Of a DNA stretch of 64,000 nt, positions 36,141 through 50,192 are shown one piece after another (within the stretch, counting starts at the first letter, position 1; every line of letters starts with the position of its first letter). A model generated the notes under the pieces. That model was not told the origin of the DNA, did not search any database, and worked only from the letters and a program-made list of their open reading frames with translations. Source of the DNA: Chiloscyllium plagiosum (lineage: Eukaryota); assembly GCF_004010195.1 (NCBI RefSeq), contig NC_057749.1, forward strand, positions 25,966,599-26,030,598. Direction: 5' to 3'. Made by a program: the position numbers and the translations under genes.

Positions 36141-39100
36141 AATTCCAGTAGTAGCACTTCTCAATGACCTTGCACCATGACTTCATGGCACGGTGGCTCA
36201 GTGGTTAGCACTGCAGCCTCACAGCACCAGGGTCCAAGGTTCGGTTCCAGCCTCAGGCGACTATCTGTGTGGAGTTTGCACATTCTACCCGTGTCTACGT
36301 AGGTATGCTTCGGTTTCCTCCCACAGTCCAAAGATGTGCAGGCTAGGGTGAATGGGCCATGCTAAATTGCCCATAGTGTTAGCTGCATTAGTCAGAGGAA
36401 AATGGGTCTGACTGGGTTACTCTTCGGAGGGTTGATGTGGACTGGTTGGGCCGAAGGGCCTGTTTCCACACTGTAGGGAATCTTTAAAAAAAATGCCGGT
36501 GAGTGTCCTTCGCTTTCTTGCTTCTTTTGACTGCACTGCAAATGTCTTTGTGTTGATCCTTCTATGCCCCGGATTGGTTTCTGGAATTTCTGGTTGGTGT
36601 CTGGTCGATATAGAACTGAATTTAATCCAAAATATCACACATAGTTGGTCTCCTCCGCTTGACGCTCCCACTCAAATCTGTTTAATCACCAGGAGGTCTG
36701 GAACAGCAAAAGCTAAGGGCACAACTGTCTCACAGGTTGTTGAGCAACTGTCCCCAAGTTGAGTCACTGTCTGTACCAAAGGTCATTTGAGAAAACACAA
36801 CCCTAGCAGTTCTTCGGTAAATACAGTTTCGTGAGGCACAACAAGGTTCGAAGAATTGTAACACATTCCAAGGATTGTAAGTGTGGTTCCACTTACCTTT
36901 TGCAATAATCATCAGCATATCCTCACAACAAGCTCCTACAAACAACAGTGCATTTATGATCTGTTTTTGTGGTGTTGTTCAGAGCAAATTATTATTCAGG
37001 TCATTGCAGCATCTGTGAACTTATGCCGTGGGTTATTTCACTTGATAGGATCTTGGTTTTAACATCTCAACTGAAAGGTGGCACCTCTCACAGTACTGGT
37101 CAGATATTCTGAGGAAGGGTCATTCAACCCGTGAACTCTGATTTCTCTTCACAGATGCTGCCAGACCTGCTGAGCTTTTCCAGCAATTTCTGCTTTTCTT
37201 TCTGATTTACAGTATCCGCAGTGGTTAGCACTGCTGCCTCACAGCGCCAGAGACCCGGGTTCAATTCCCACCTTGGGCAACTGTCTGTGTAGAGTTTGCA
37301 CATTCTCCCAGTGTCTGTCTGGGTTTCCTCCGGGTGCTCCGGTTTCCTCCCACAGTCCAAAGATGTGCAGGTTAGGTGAGTTGGCCATGCTAAATTGCCC
37401 GTAGTGTTAGGTGGGTAAATATCCGGGGGTGGGTTTCTCTTCGGAGGGTCGGTATGGACTTGTTGGGCCGAAGGGCCTGTTTCCACGCTGTAGGTAATCT
37501 AATCTAATCTAACCTGAGAGTGTTGATAGAAGCTCTGTAGCAAGCAATGAACAATCTCCATTAAAGCATTTGAGTATTCGTGTATTTTTCATAAAATATG
37601 CTTGGAAGTTCTCTAATGATTGCACCATCAATAGGTCATGGTCAATTAGTAAGCCACTCCAGAGGACTTGTCCCCTTTGAGCATCACCAATTAAAGCTGA
37701 AGACTAAAGGTGCTGTAACATCTTGGCTTTTATAGAGTCCCACAATTCAGATGATTAAAAATGACAGGGGTAATGCTGGTGCTAATGAGCACTGTGTGCT
37801 GGGATCACAATGAATTGGAGACTGTGTTATACAGCGGTCCATTGTTGAGCACCAATTCTGCTTGCTATTGTCTGAAAAATGTAATTTTATTGATATTACC
37901 TCTACTACTGCAATTTATTTATAAAGTGGTTGTGATTCAGTGAGAAACATTGTTGCATCCAAAGATGTTCATGACTTTTTCTGATACTCGAGTACAAACT
38001 CCAGAGCAGTAGCCCCAGTGGACTGCAGCAAATGTCTTTCAGATGACATGTTAAGCCGAGACCCTGACTTTCTTCATTGTTCTATAGTGTCATTAGCTGG
38101 GTTAGCATTTCTTTGCAGTTAAGAGTCAACCAGCCTGGAAACACATGTAGGTCAGATCAGGTAAGGTCTGAGATTTCAGCACTGAAAATCTGAAAACCCC
38201 AATGAGTTTTATCCCCCAGGCAATAGCCTCATTGTCATCATTAGACTTTTAATTCCATATTTTTAATGAATTCAAATTGCACCACAGCAGGACTTGAACC
38301 CAGGTCCCCAGAGCATCACATAAGTCTCTGGATTAATAGCCCAATGCTAATACCGCTGGACCATTACCTCCTCAGGGATGCAAAAGATTCCATGGTGTGC
38401 TGGCTAATATTTCTCCCTCAAACAGCATTGCTTAAATAAACGTTATGAGGCAGTGGCTTAGTGGTTAGCATTGTTGCTTCACAGCGACAGGGACCCAGGT
38501 TTGATTCCAGTCTTGGGCAACTGTCTGTGTGGAGTTTGCACATTCTCCCTGTGTCTGTTCCCTCTTGGTGCTCTGGTTTCCTCCCACAGTCCAAAGATGT
38601 GTAGGTTAGGTGAATTGGCCATGCTAAATTGCCCATAGTGTTCAGGGATGTGTAGGTTAGGTGTGTTAGGCATGGGAAACGTAGGGGAATGGGTCTGGGT
38701 GGGATACTGTTTGGAGGGTTGGTGTGGACTTGTTGGGCCGAATGGCCTGTTTCCACACTGTAGGGATTCTATGGTCACGGTCACAGTACTATTTGTGGGA
38801 GTTTTCCACTTTCCTACAGTACAATACTGACTACACTTAGAAAGTAATTAATTAGCCACAGTTCTCTTTGGAATATCTGATTAAAGGCAAATGTTTGAAA
38901 TCTGAAACAAACACAGAGAAAACTGGAGAAACTCAGCAGATCTGGCAGGAGAGAGAATTTTTCGAGACTGATGTGGCTCTAATTCAGAACTGAAAGATGT
39001 TGGAAAGTTGTTTTTTTGTATACTTTTGAGAGAGACAGAGGAGTGCAAAAGGCAAAGTGGTTGTTAATGGTGATGAAAGAGAACAAAAGTAAAATTGTTG

Positions 39101-41433
39101 TAAATTAAGGTGTGAAAGGAAAGGGATAGGTGACCTCTATATATGGAGCCATGACGTGGAGGTGTTGGTGTTGGACTATGGTGGACAAAGTTAAAAATCA
39201 CACGACAGCAGGTTATAGTCCAACTTTCAAATAAACCTGTTGGACTATAACCTCATGTCGTGTGATTTTAAACTCTATACAAGGAGCTCAGTAAACACCC
39301 AAATAAGGCAAGCCAGTGAGGGAGGGGAAAGAGAATGTAAGAAGAATGGAGAACAGATGTCAGGTGGTTAGTTTCTGAAGTTATTGATTTAAATATCGAG
39401 ACCGCAAAGCTGTAAGGAACCTGAGTGGAAAATGAGCTGTTGTTCCCTGAACTTGCATTGTACTTTGATGGAACACTGTGAGGCAGCACGGTGGCTCAGT
39501 GGTTAGCACTGCTGTCTCATAGTACCAGGGGCGTGGGTTCGATTCTAGCCATTGGTGACTATCGGTGTGGAGTTTGCATATTCTCCCTGAGTCTGTGTGG
39601 GTTTTCTCTGGGTGCTCTGGTTTCCTCCACAGTGGAAGGAAAGTAGGGACTGGAGATCAGAGTTGAGAGTGTGGTGCTGGAAAAGCACAACAGGTCAGGC
39701 AGCATCTGAGGGGCAGGCAAATCGACATTTCAGGCATAAACCTTTCCTGATGAAGGGCTTATGCCTGAAACATCAATTCTCCTGCCCCTCGGATACTGCC
39801 TGACCTGCTGTGCTTTTCCAGCACCACATTCTCGACCTCCACTTTCCTCCCACAGCCCAGAGATGTGCAGGTTATGTGAAGTTGCCATGCTGAATAGCCC
39901 ATAGTGTCCAGGGATGTGTAGGTTAGGTGCATTAGTCAGGGCAAAACTGAGGACTGCAGATGCTGGAGATTAGAGTCGAGAGTGTGGTGCTGGAAAAGCA
40001 CAGCATGTCAGTTAGCATCCAAAGAGCTGAAGAATCGCTGTTTCAGGCAAAAGCCCTTCAAATATTAGCGGCACGGTGGCTCAATGGTTAGCACTGCTGC
40101 CTCACAGCACCAGGGACCAGGTTCAATTCCCGCCTCAGGCAACTGTCTGTGTGGAGTTTGCACCTTCTCCTTGTGTCTGCGTGGGTTTCCTCCCACAATG
40201 CAAAAATGTGTAGGTCAGGCAAATTGGCCATGCCAAATTGCCCATAGTTTAGGTCCATCGCTCAGGGTAAATGTAGGGGAATGGGTCTGGGTGGGTTATT
40301 CTTCGGAGGGTCAGTGTGGACTTGCTGGGTTGAAGGGCCTGTTTCCACACTGTAGGGGGATTCTATGATTCGATGATTGTAGCAGGCCGAGGACAGGAGT
40401 TTTAGTATGACAGCAAGGTGGCTTACCTGATGAAGCAACCTGAAGAAGGAGCAGCATTCCGAAAGCTAGTGCTTCCAAATATGTTGGACTATAACCTGGT
40501 GTTGTGTGATTTTAAACTTTGTCCACCCCAGTCCACATCATGGCTTATTGAAATAGTAGAGACAAAAAAATTGTAGATGCTGGAATCTAAGGTACACAGA
40601 CAGACAGGAGGCTGGAAGAACACAACAGGCCAGACGGCATCAGGAGGTGGGGAGGAATCAATATTTCAGGTGTAGCCCTTCTTCAGGGTTAAATGGTAAA
40701 CAACTGGGAGATCAGGATCATTTCTACAGTCAAAGTGGACATGTTTCTGCGTTTGGTCACGCCAATGTAAAAAAGATTGCATTGTGAGCAGCCACTCTAC
40801 TTTGCAACATCATTTAGTCAGGAAGTGTGCTATACAAATGCAAGTCTTTCTTCATGCAATATTCTTTTTTATTCATTCACAGGATGATGCAGGGCATCGC
40901 TAGCTAAACCAACATTTGTTGCCTATTTGTAATCCCAATTTAGAGTCAACCACATTGCTGTGGGTCTGCAGTCACGTGTAGGCCAGACCATGTAAGGACG
41001 ACAGTTTCCTTCCCTAAAGGACTTTAGTGAACCCAGATGAATTTTTTCTGACAATTGACAATGGATTCACAGTCATTATTTGACTCTTAATTCTAGATAC
41101 TTATTAAATTCTGTGGTTGGATTTGAACCTGACTCCCTAGAACATTACCAGGGTTTCTGATTAACAGGAGAAAGTGAGGACTGCAGATGCTGGAGATCAG
41201 AGCTGAAAATGTGTTGCTGGAAAAGCGCAGCAGGTCAGGCAGCATCCAAGGAGCAGGAGAATCGACGTTTCGGGCACAAGCCCTTCCTGAAGAAGGGCTT
41301 GTACAGATAGCTTATGTGAAATATCTCAAACTATTTTGCATATGGAACCACAGGAACCTGATGGCCTGAGGGCAAAATTCCAAAGGTGTCTCCTTGATTC
41401 CAGACTAAGGAGGAAGGGGACATCTCAAAGCTT

Positions 41434-42565
41434 CTGTAAAACTGAACTGTGCTTGTGACTATGTATATATAATGACATTTTTTTATGAATAAAGTATTTC
41501 TTGAAATAAAAAAAATCTCAAAAGCTTGGGACAGCTGCTGCCAAGTTGCAGTGGGGAAAGACTACTGCCTGAAGACTTTCTGCCGAAGTTAAAGGGGAGT
41601 CCGTTCAATTATTGAATGTTCCTTGTGCCTCAAGGATAGGTAAATATAATCCTGCGCAAGAATAGCCTTTGGTTTCTGTGTTGGATAAAGTCAAACTCCA
41701 ATGTTTGTTTGTTTCTTTCTTCTCAAGTTTCTGTACAGAACTGAACTTCTTAATGGTAAGGTCCCTAGGGAGAGTTGCCGAACAAAGAGACCTCAGAATG
41801 TCGGTTCATAGCTCCTTGAAAGTGGAGTCGCAGGTAGATAGGATAGTGAAGAAGGCGTTGGGTATGCTTTCCTTTATTGGTCAGAGCATTGAGTACAGGA
41901 GTTGGGAAGTCATGTTGCTGCTGTACAGGACATTGGTTAAGCTGCTTTTGGAATATTGTGTGCAATTCTGGTCTCTTTCCTATCAGAAGGATGTTGTGAA
42001 ACTTGAAAGGGTTCAGAAAAGATTTACAAGAATGTTGTCAGGTTTGGAGGATTTGAGCTACAGGGAGAGGCTGAATAGGCTGGGGCTGTTTTCCCTGGAA
42101 TGTTGGAGGCTGAGGGGTGACCTTGTAAAGGTTTATAAAATCATGAGGGGCATGGATAGGATAAATAGACAAGGTCTTTTCCCTGGGGTGGGTGAATCCA
42201 GAACTAGAGGGCTTAGGTTCAGGGTGAGAGGAGAAAGATATAAAAGAGACGTAAGGGACAACTTATTCGCACAGAGGGTGATGTGTGTATGGAATGAGTT
42301 GCCAGAGGAAGTGGTGGAAGCTGATACAATTACAGCATTTAAAAGGCATCTGGATAGTTATATGAATAAGAAGGGTTTAGAGTGATATGGGCCAAATGCT
42401 GGCAAATTGGACTCGATTAAGCTAGAATATTTGAGCGGCATTGACGAGTTGGACCGAAGGGTCTTTTTCTGTGCTGTATATCTCTATGATTCTGACTTTA
42501 CTTCAGTGACTCTATATGTCGCCAAAGATATTTTTATAAAGTAAAGTATATTTATGAAATAAAAG
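41434..42565 (+). mobile_element. Two adjacent Tx1-clade LINE 3' ends; the second is split by HER1
   Basis: KLGTAAAKLQWGKTTA* ORF2 end at ~41522-41572; tails ttttatgaataaagtat..gaaataaaaa at ~41480-41515 and ~42530-42565. Confidence 0.65.
41750..42495 (+). mobile_element. HER1/CR1 3' fragment
   Basis: Open stretch EQRDL..SLKVESQVDRIVKKA..LEYCVQFWS..WNELPEEVVEA. Confidence 0.95.
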
Positions 42566-42809
42566 AAATTGCATGGGACAAAATTGCAATTTCCCTTTTG
42601 TAGAATTATAAAGAGGGAATTATTCTGTATCTGGTATGTCTTCTTTTATTTCTTTTCCTTTATTTTTACTTCAATGGATTAACTTTGGAATGGATTCTTG
42701 AGAGGAACCAACCCTAACTTGCGGTCTTAACAGGCTTCTGATACATAAAATTCCAACAGGATTGATTCAAAGAATCGGAAGCAAAGGCCAAACGAGAAAA
42801 ACAGAGAAT

Positions 42810-43390
42810 TATTTAAAATGAGCATGATGGCGAGCTGCAGAGGGGTGTAAGTGTTTCCGGTGCATGAGTCACGAAAAGCTACTATGCAGCTACAGCAAAT
42901 GACCAAGACTGCCAGCAGAATGCAACATTTTAGTATTAGAGGAACTGAACATGAAAATGAAGGTGCTACGCTTCAATTATATTGGGCATTGGTGAGAACA
43001 CATCTTGAGAACTGTGTACCATTTTGGTCTCCCTCTTTAAGGATGCATTTAAATGCACTGAGGTGATTCTGAGGAGGTTTACTGGACTGATACCTGGAAT
43101 GAATCGGTTTTCTTATGGTGAAAGGCTGCTCAGAGCGGGTTTGTTTTCACTGGAGTTTAGAAGAGTGAGGGGTGACTTGTCTGATAAGATCCTGAATGGT
43201 CTTGAACACGGAAAGGGTGTTGCCTGTTGTGTGTGAGTCCACAATAAAGGGCATTGTTTTAAAATTAGGGGTCACCTTTTAAACAAGGTGAGGAGACATA
43301 TTTCATTTTTGGATTTGCAAGGCTTTGGAAGTCTCTGCTGGTGAAGGAGGTACCATTGAATATTATTAAGGTGGAGATAGATAGATCCTT
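42810..43390 (+). mobile_element. Older CR1 3' fragment
   Basis: LYWALVRTHLENCVPFWSP..RRFTGLIPGM. Confidence 0.8.
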
Positions 43391-46300
43391 ATAGAATCCC
43401 TACAGTATAGAAGCAGATCATTCAGCCCAAGTCCATACTGACCGTCCAAAGAGCATCTCACCCAGACCCAACCTCCTATCTCTGTAACCTTGTAGTTCAC
43501 ATGGCTAAGCCACCTAGCCTGCACACTACGGGCAGTTTAGCATGGCCAATCCACCCAACCTGTGCAGTTTTGGACAATGGGAGGAAACCCACACAGACAC
43601 AGGGCGAATGTGCAAACTCCACACGCAAAGGTGGAATCGAATCCAGGTCCCTCGCATTGTGAGGCACCAGTGCTAACCACTGAGCTGCCATGCTAGTCAG
43701 GGGAATGAAAGATTGTTGAGGAAGGATAGGAATGGGGATCTTATTGAAGGGTTGAGCAGCTAGGATCTTATTGAAGGGTTGAGCATGCTCGGATTGTTGC
43801 TGAAATTTGTGTGAATTGACGTGTCAGTACTTCCAGAGCCAGATTGGCAAGGGTGATGACTCAGTCAGACTACTTCTGACAACAGACTCTTACTGAGTTA
43901 AATTATCAATGGCAATTCTTTACAGAATACAATATCACTCATTAAAACTATATCCTTCCTGGAGATCAGGAGAAAGTGAGGACTCCAGATGCTGGAGGTT
44001 AGAGTCGAAGAGTGTGGTGCTGGAAAAACACAGCAGGTCAGGCAGCATCTGAGGAGCAGGAGAATCGAAATTTCGAGCATAAACCCTCAATAAAGAGCTT
44101 ATGCTCGAAACACCGATTCTCCTCCTCCTCGGATGCTGCCTGACCGTCTGTACTTTTCCAGCACCACACTCTTCGACTCTGTCCTGGAGATCACTTCGTT
44201 TTTTGACTGGCCACACAGCCTGCTGGGAATTCCCACCCTCCTGACTGACAAACTGCCCCAGTGACTCACGAATGAAGTCTGATCACTTGCTGCAAGTAGA
44301 ATTATAGAATCCCTGCACAGTGTGGGAGCTGCCCATTTAGCCCACTGAGTCTACACTGACCCTCTGAAGAGCATCCCACCCAGACCCTTTCCCCTATCCT
44401 ATTCCTGTAAACCTGCATCTCCCGTGGCTAATGCATCTAGACTGCACATCCCTGGACGTGATGGGCAATTTAGCACCGCCAATCCACCTAATCTACACAT
44501 CTTTGGAAAAGTGATAATTTGAAAAGATGATCCTAGTAGTGAAGGGCATAGGGAGGAGGTGGGTTAGAGCACTGAGTTGACTGATCAGCCATGAATATGA
44601 AATGGTGGAGCAGTCTCGGATAGCCTGTTCTGGCTTCTGATTTTGTAAAATTTTAGCTTGTGTTGGATCTCTTGTGCTATTCATTGTGAGTTGAAAGATA
44701 AACTGTTCTATAATAATGGGAGTAGCGTTATTCTGTTGCAGTGTATTTTATTCATTCACATCACTGGCTGAGCATTTATTGCTCATCCCTATAAGAATCG
44801 GGAGTCACCGGCAAATTTCCTTCCTGAAAGGATATTAGTCAAATGAATGAGTCATAGAATCATACAGCATGGAAACAGACCCTTTGGTCCAACCAGTCCA
44901 CGCTGAACATAATCCAAAACTAAACTAGTCCCAGCTGCCTGCTTTTATCCCATCGCCTGCAAACATCTCTAATCCACGTACTTACCTCAATGTTTTCTCA
45001 ATGTTATACCTGTACCCGCATCCACCATTTCCTCTGGAAGTTCATTCCACACGCAAACTACTACCTGTGTAAAAAAAATTTGCCCCTCGTATCTTTTTTT
45101 AAATCTTTCTCCTCTCACCTTAAAAAATGTCCCCTAGTCTTGAAAACCTCAACTAAGGGAAAAGGCACCTGTCATTCATCTTATCTATACCGCTCATGAT
45201 GTTACAAACTTCTGTAAGGTCACCCCTCAAGGTGAGGCACAGCAGAAATCATCCCAAGGAAGAAGAAACATACAAAGGAGAAGGGGCAACCATGGCTGAC
45301 AAGGGATTCATGGTCTTCACTAGATTCTTAACTCCATAGGGGCATGAGGAGAGTTTAGTAAGAAAAGGTAAGAGACAAATCCTCTCAAAGACTTCTGCCA
45401 ACTTGGATTTGGAACACTAACTTAGAGTTCTAGATTACCTACTCGCTTGATGACACCACTGTGACACTACCTCCCTCTCTATCCAATAGCTAAGTTACTA
45501 GCTACATGTAACCAATTGGATTCAAGCCCAACCCCAGGACTGGAAACTTTTGTAACAAAAACAGAAATTGTTGCAGAAACTCGGCACGGTGCTCAGTGGT
45601 TAGCATGGCTGCCTCACAGCACCAGAGACCCGGCTTCAATTCCAGCCTCGGGCAACTATCCATGTGGACTTTGCACATTCTCCCTATGTCTGCATGGGGT
45701 TTCCTCCGGCTGCTCCGGTTTCCTCCCACAATCCAAAGATGTGCAGGTTCCGTGAATTGGCTATGCTAAATTGCCAGTAGTGTTCAGGTTTGTGTAGGTG
45801 AGGTGTATTAGTCAGGGGTAAATATAGGGTAGGGAATGGGTCTGAGGGGGTTACTGTTCGGAGGGTCGGTGTGGGACTTGTTGGCCGAATGGCCTGTTTC
45901 CATGCTGTAGGGATTCTATGGAAATGTTGTAATTGTACCAACCTCCTCCACCTCCTCTGGCAGCTTGCTCCATAGGAAGTTGTATCTATTCCCAAACACT
46001 GTCATATTATAGCAGTTATCCTTCTACAGCAAATCTTTAGCTTGACATGACTGCTCTCATTAGTCCTGTCCTGTGAACTATGACATGGGCATTCATGAAA
46101 CTGAAAATGTAGGCTTTCTCAATCTTTCACTACTCTGCAGATGTCTAACCAACATGCCTCATCTTGAAATTTCACAAGTTAACCCACTTTCCTTCTGACC
46201 CAATCAGGTTCCTCCCAAAGCGGCACCGAAAGTTTCAAACTCTCTGGGGTTTTTTGAAGCTAAAATCAATTCTTGATTATTCTATTAAGCCATCTCTGGC

Positions 46301-46829
46301 CAGAGTGTCTATTGTCAGGCTGGAATAGCCTCCTGTTGCTTCCCCATGGAAAGCAACTCCCCATCCAGCTTACAATATAAAAGAAGACTTCAAGAGTTTT
46401 TTGAGATATCAAAAAGGCAAGCGTGGACATTGGAGTGCTGGAAATTGAAGCTGGAGAAGTAGTGATGGGGAACAAAGAAATTGCGGAGGAACTGAATAGG
46501 TATTTTGCATCAGTTTTCACAGGAGGCAACAGGAGCATACCAAAACTTCAAGAGTGTTTGGGGCAGAGGTGATTATTGTAGTGATTTTTTTTCCCTTTAT
46601 TCATTCACAGGATGAGCACCTCCATGGCTAGGCCAGTATTTATTGTCCAGAGGGCAGTTAAGAGTCAATCACATTGTTGTGGGTCTTGGAGTGACATGTT
46701 GGCCAAACCAGGGAAGGACAGCAGTTTCTTTCCCTAAAGGACATTAGTGAACTGACCTGCTGTGCTTTTCCAGCACCACATCTTGATTCTGATCTCCAGC
46801 ATCTGCAGTCCTCACTCTCGCCCAGCAGA

Positions 46830-48435
46830 ATTGGTGACAAGTCTAGCGAGGCCATTCTCAACGTTGGGAGGAACCCGTGCCACCTTTTCTGCTTTTTACG
46901 TGCAATGTGGCGAGATTCTCATTAGGCAGCAATGAATTGATGGTCCTTACGCTTTGTGAAACACCTTGTTAACAGCTCAGACTGTCTCATTAGTAATCAA
47001 CCTCACATCGAACCAAACTCACCAAACACCTTTGATGACTTGAGGAAACCAGAGTTGGCGGATTTAACTCACCACTTGCCCCCCCCCCATTGGAAACCAG
47101 GCATCAATATCTAATGGCACATAAGAAAAGGCACAGGCCACCTGAACCTTCATGTTTATGAGTTTTGTCTGAGAACGCTGATGGCACATCCTCAATCCAC
47201 TTACAGGATGCTTCTTCTTTACAATGCTGTGTCTGGGGCCGTACTGGAAACTCTTGTATTGCTGCAGCAAGGACACTGTGTGCTCAGGGACACACAGCCC
47301 CAGCTCAGGGAGTGAACCTGGCTGCATCTCTTAGTATAGCTCAATCATTCTACCACTACTTGGATGCTCACAGCATCCACGCTGTGCACTGCTTTTTGGC
47401 ACTTTGTCCCCCTCAGCCTAGATACCAGTCCCATATCTTGCCTATTTAATGCAAGCACAAAGCCAGAAGCTTGTCATAGTTATCAGCCGGCTTTAGTCAA
47501 GTCAATGGGGACAGCCATTCCCTCATTGGACCCTGGAACTGTAAGTCAAGAACAGCCTCCAATACCAGTCCAGGTCCTGCTCAGGATGGTCAGAGTCAGG
47601 GCCCTATCCTCTTTAAGGGTTGGGAATCTGAATGTTGGATGGCCTACTGACCACCTTGGCTCTTTCTGTGGACTTCTTGTGGGCTATTCTCCTCAAGGAA
47701 TGAGAGAGGGGCAGGTAATGCAGGAGGTAGAGGTGGGTGGCACAGTTATTACTGCAGGTTGGGAAGGTGTCCCATTTGAGTGAGTAGGCAGCACACAGGG
47801 CATGCAGGGTTAGAGGTTGAGCTAGGTGAGAGCGAGTGGGGGAGATGTTGCAGCCAATAGTGACAGTGTAGAGTGTGAGCCTTGTGGGGAAATGGATTTT
47901 GTAGCATTGCGGTGTAAGGTACGGGAGAGAAGATGGTAGAACTTATCCTGGCAGACTGTTGACCTTCTTTCTACAATGCTGGGCAATGCCTCAGATGGCT
48001 AAGCCTGCTTTAACCATGAGCCAGGCTGGCCATACTCTGGTGGCATTGCCTCCTGTGCTGGTGCTTGGTGAAGAGGAAGTCCCATGTTGGCACCATCCAT
48101 TCAGCAGGAACACCAAGAGATAGATATTTCCCCATGTCTGCCATGTCCAGGGCCAATGTCAGGAATCCTGCGGGGAAGTTCTGGACTGACTGTGCTTGTC
48201 CAGGTGCACACCAGGCTTTTAAAGATGACGTGTGTGCAAGGGGTGCCGGTGAATTCTGGGATATCTGCTGAGTGGCGAGTTGTTGTGAGATTGCGCTTGG
48301 TAAGATGGGGGTTAATCATATGTGAGGGAATCCCATAGGAGCATGAGGAGAGTTTAGTAAGAAAAGGTAAGAGACAAATCCTCTCAAAGACTTCTGCCAA
48401 CTTGGATTTGGGAAATTGGGAAAGATTTCTTGAGA
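46830..48435 (-). mobile_element. Degenerate PIF/Harbinger-like transposon with a Myb/SANT gene remnant
   Basis: Minus strand ~48143-47945 reads MADMGK..WDFLF..RRQCHQ..AQHCRKKVNSL followed by a decayed donor, resembling the QCRKKVNDL motif of Harbinger Myb/SANT proteins. Termini show only weak inverted similarity. Confidence 0.5.
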
Positions 48436-50192
48436 TGAGAAACAAACCATGGTTTGTAATCAGGTCATCTTGAAGAGCGGGAACCTTTTACTAACTTAAG
48501 TTATTATGATTATGTCAGCATTTGATCATTGGACAGACATGGCATGTAAAATGAAGCTTAAGCTTTTGAGCAAAACACGATAGACCACATCCATTCCCAT
48601 CAAAGTGGCTACATCAATACAGCTTGACTGTTTTAATTATTGATTTGTAATCTTTTAGGTTAAGCAAATTTGCATTTCTGATTTAATAGCTGTGTCTGGC
48701 AAAGACAAAATGTTGTAAACTTGCTAACAAGTGCTAGTTACCTACTATATCTGTCAGCTATTCATCATTGAAGGTTTCATCAGTCCAACCTAAAACCGTG
48801 ATGTGGGGGAGCCGGTGTTGGACTGCAGTGGACAAAGTTAAAAATCACACAAAACCAGGTTATAGTCCAACAGGTTTATTTGGAAGCACTAGCTTTCGGA
48901 GCACTGCTCCTTTGTCAGATAGCTAGTAGGGCAGGATCGTAGGACACAGAATTTATAGCACAAGATCACAGTGTCATGCAACTGATACGGTATATTGAAC
49001 AAACTAACCTGGTGTTAAATGATTTTTAACTTAACCTAAAACTGGGGGTTGGTTAGCTCAGGTTCAATTCTTACACTGTCTGAGGTTACAATGAAGGACT
49101 CTCTTTCTCAACCTCTCCACTTTCCTGAGGTGTGGTGACACTCACGTTAAGCTGCCACCAGTCACCTCTCTCTAAGGTGACAGTTGTCCGTAGTGTCATA
49201 AGACTATAGTGACTTCACTTTTTATCTTAAGTCTAACCTGAGCAGTTGCCTCAACTTCCGATGACAATGACAATGATTCTGGATGGCAGAAATCCAAAAT
49301 AAACATGGAAAAAGTTGCAAAAACTTTCAACAGTGTATTTCTATCCGTGGCGTTACTGTTTCAGGTCGAGAGGTTCCAGTTATTTTTTTCCCTTTCTACG
49401 TCTCTGGTTTCGTGTGTTGTTCAATCTTGATTTCAACTCCTCCAATTAGTCCTCACCTCTTTGAGAATCGGACTTACCCTTCCCTGACCTCTCTCAATCA
49501 GACCACATCCTGTCATCACCTTCACTTTTCTGTCCACCTGTCGCTGCTTGTTTTTCTCACATCTTTTTACACCTTGTTTAAAGATGCTTCTGGTTTACAT
49601 AAATGCAGAAGGTCCTTGTTGGTCACAGTGCTAACCCTTTCCGCTTCTGATCTCTCCGGGTCTCCTATGGATCGATCATATTTTGTCAGCTTTGAATCAT
49701 TTTACTCCCTATAGCCGAGAAGCACAAATTAATCAGTGAGTTGCTGATTTTTGCAAAGCACTCGAATTGCAAATGTTTCGCACAAATCCTTAGTGTGAAT
49801 TTTCATTGTCGACATATATTACATGTAATCAAACATACCTCTACACAAAGGAGCAATGATCTCTATCTGGCCTTGTGAAAATATTCAAATAAGCAGATCC
49901 GAATACTCGGTGACTCATGTCTCATGACTTGCTGACAGTCATAAATGTAGACGTGTAGGAGAAACCTGGAGCAGCTGCAAGAGAAGTGAAACATTGTCAA
50001 TTGCCTCAGGCAGCGGTCTGATGCAGACACTTATTCAATGACACTGTGCTGCTGCCTAAAACAGAAGGTGCTGATGAGAAGCTGTGTTTCTGCAGCTCCA
50101 TATATCTCCTTCATCTTGCTTTTCAAATGTTTAAATCTGGAAAATTGAATGACGAGGAGATATAGGGCACCTTCAGCACTCAAAGAGGCTTA

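Noticed and set aside
43736..43785. 27-bp-period tandem duplication (also a 19-bp one at ~60372-60409)
   Set aside because: Ordinary slippage duplications with no further structure.
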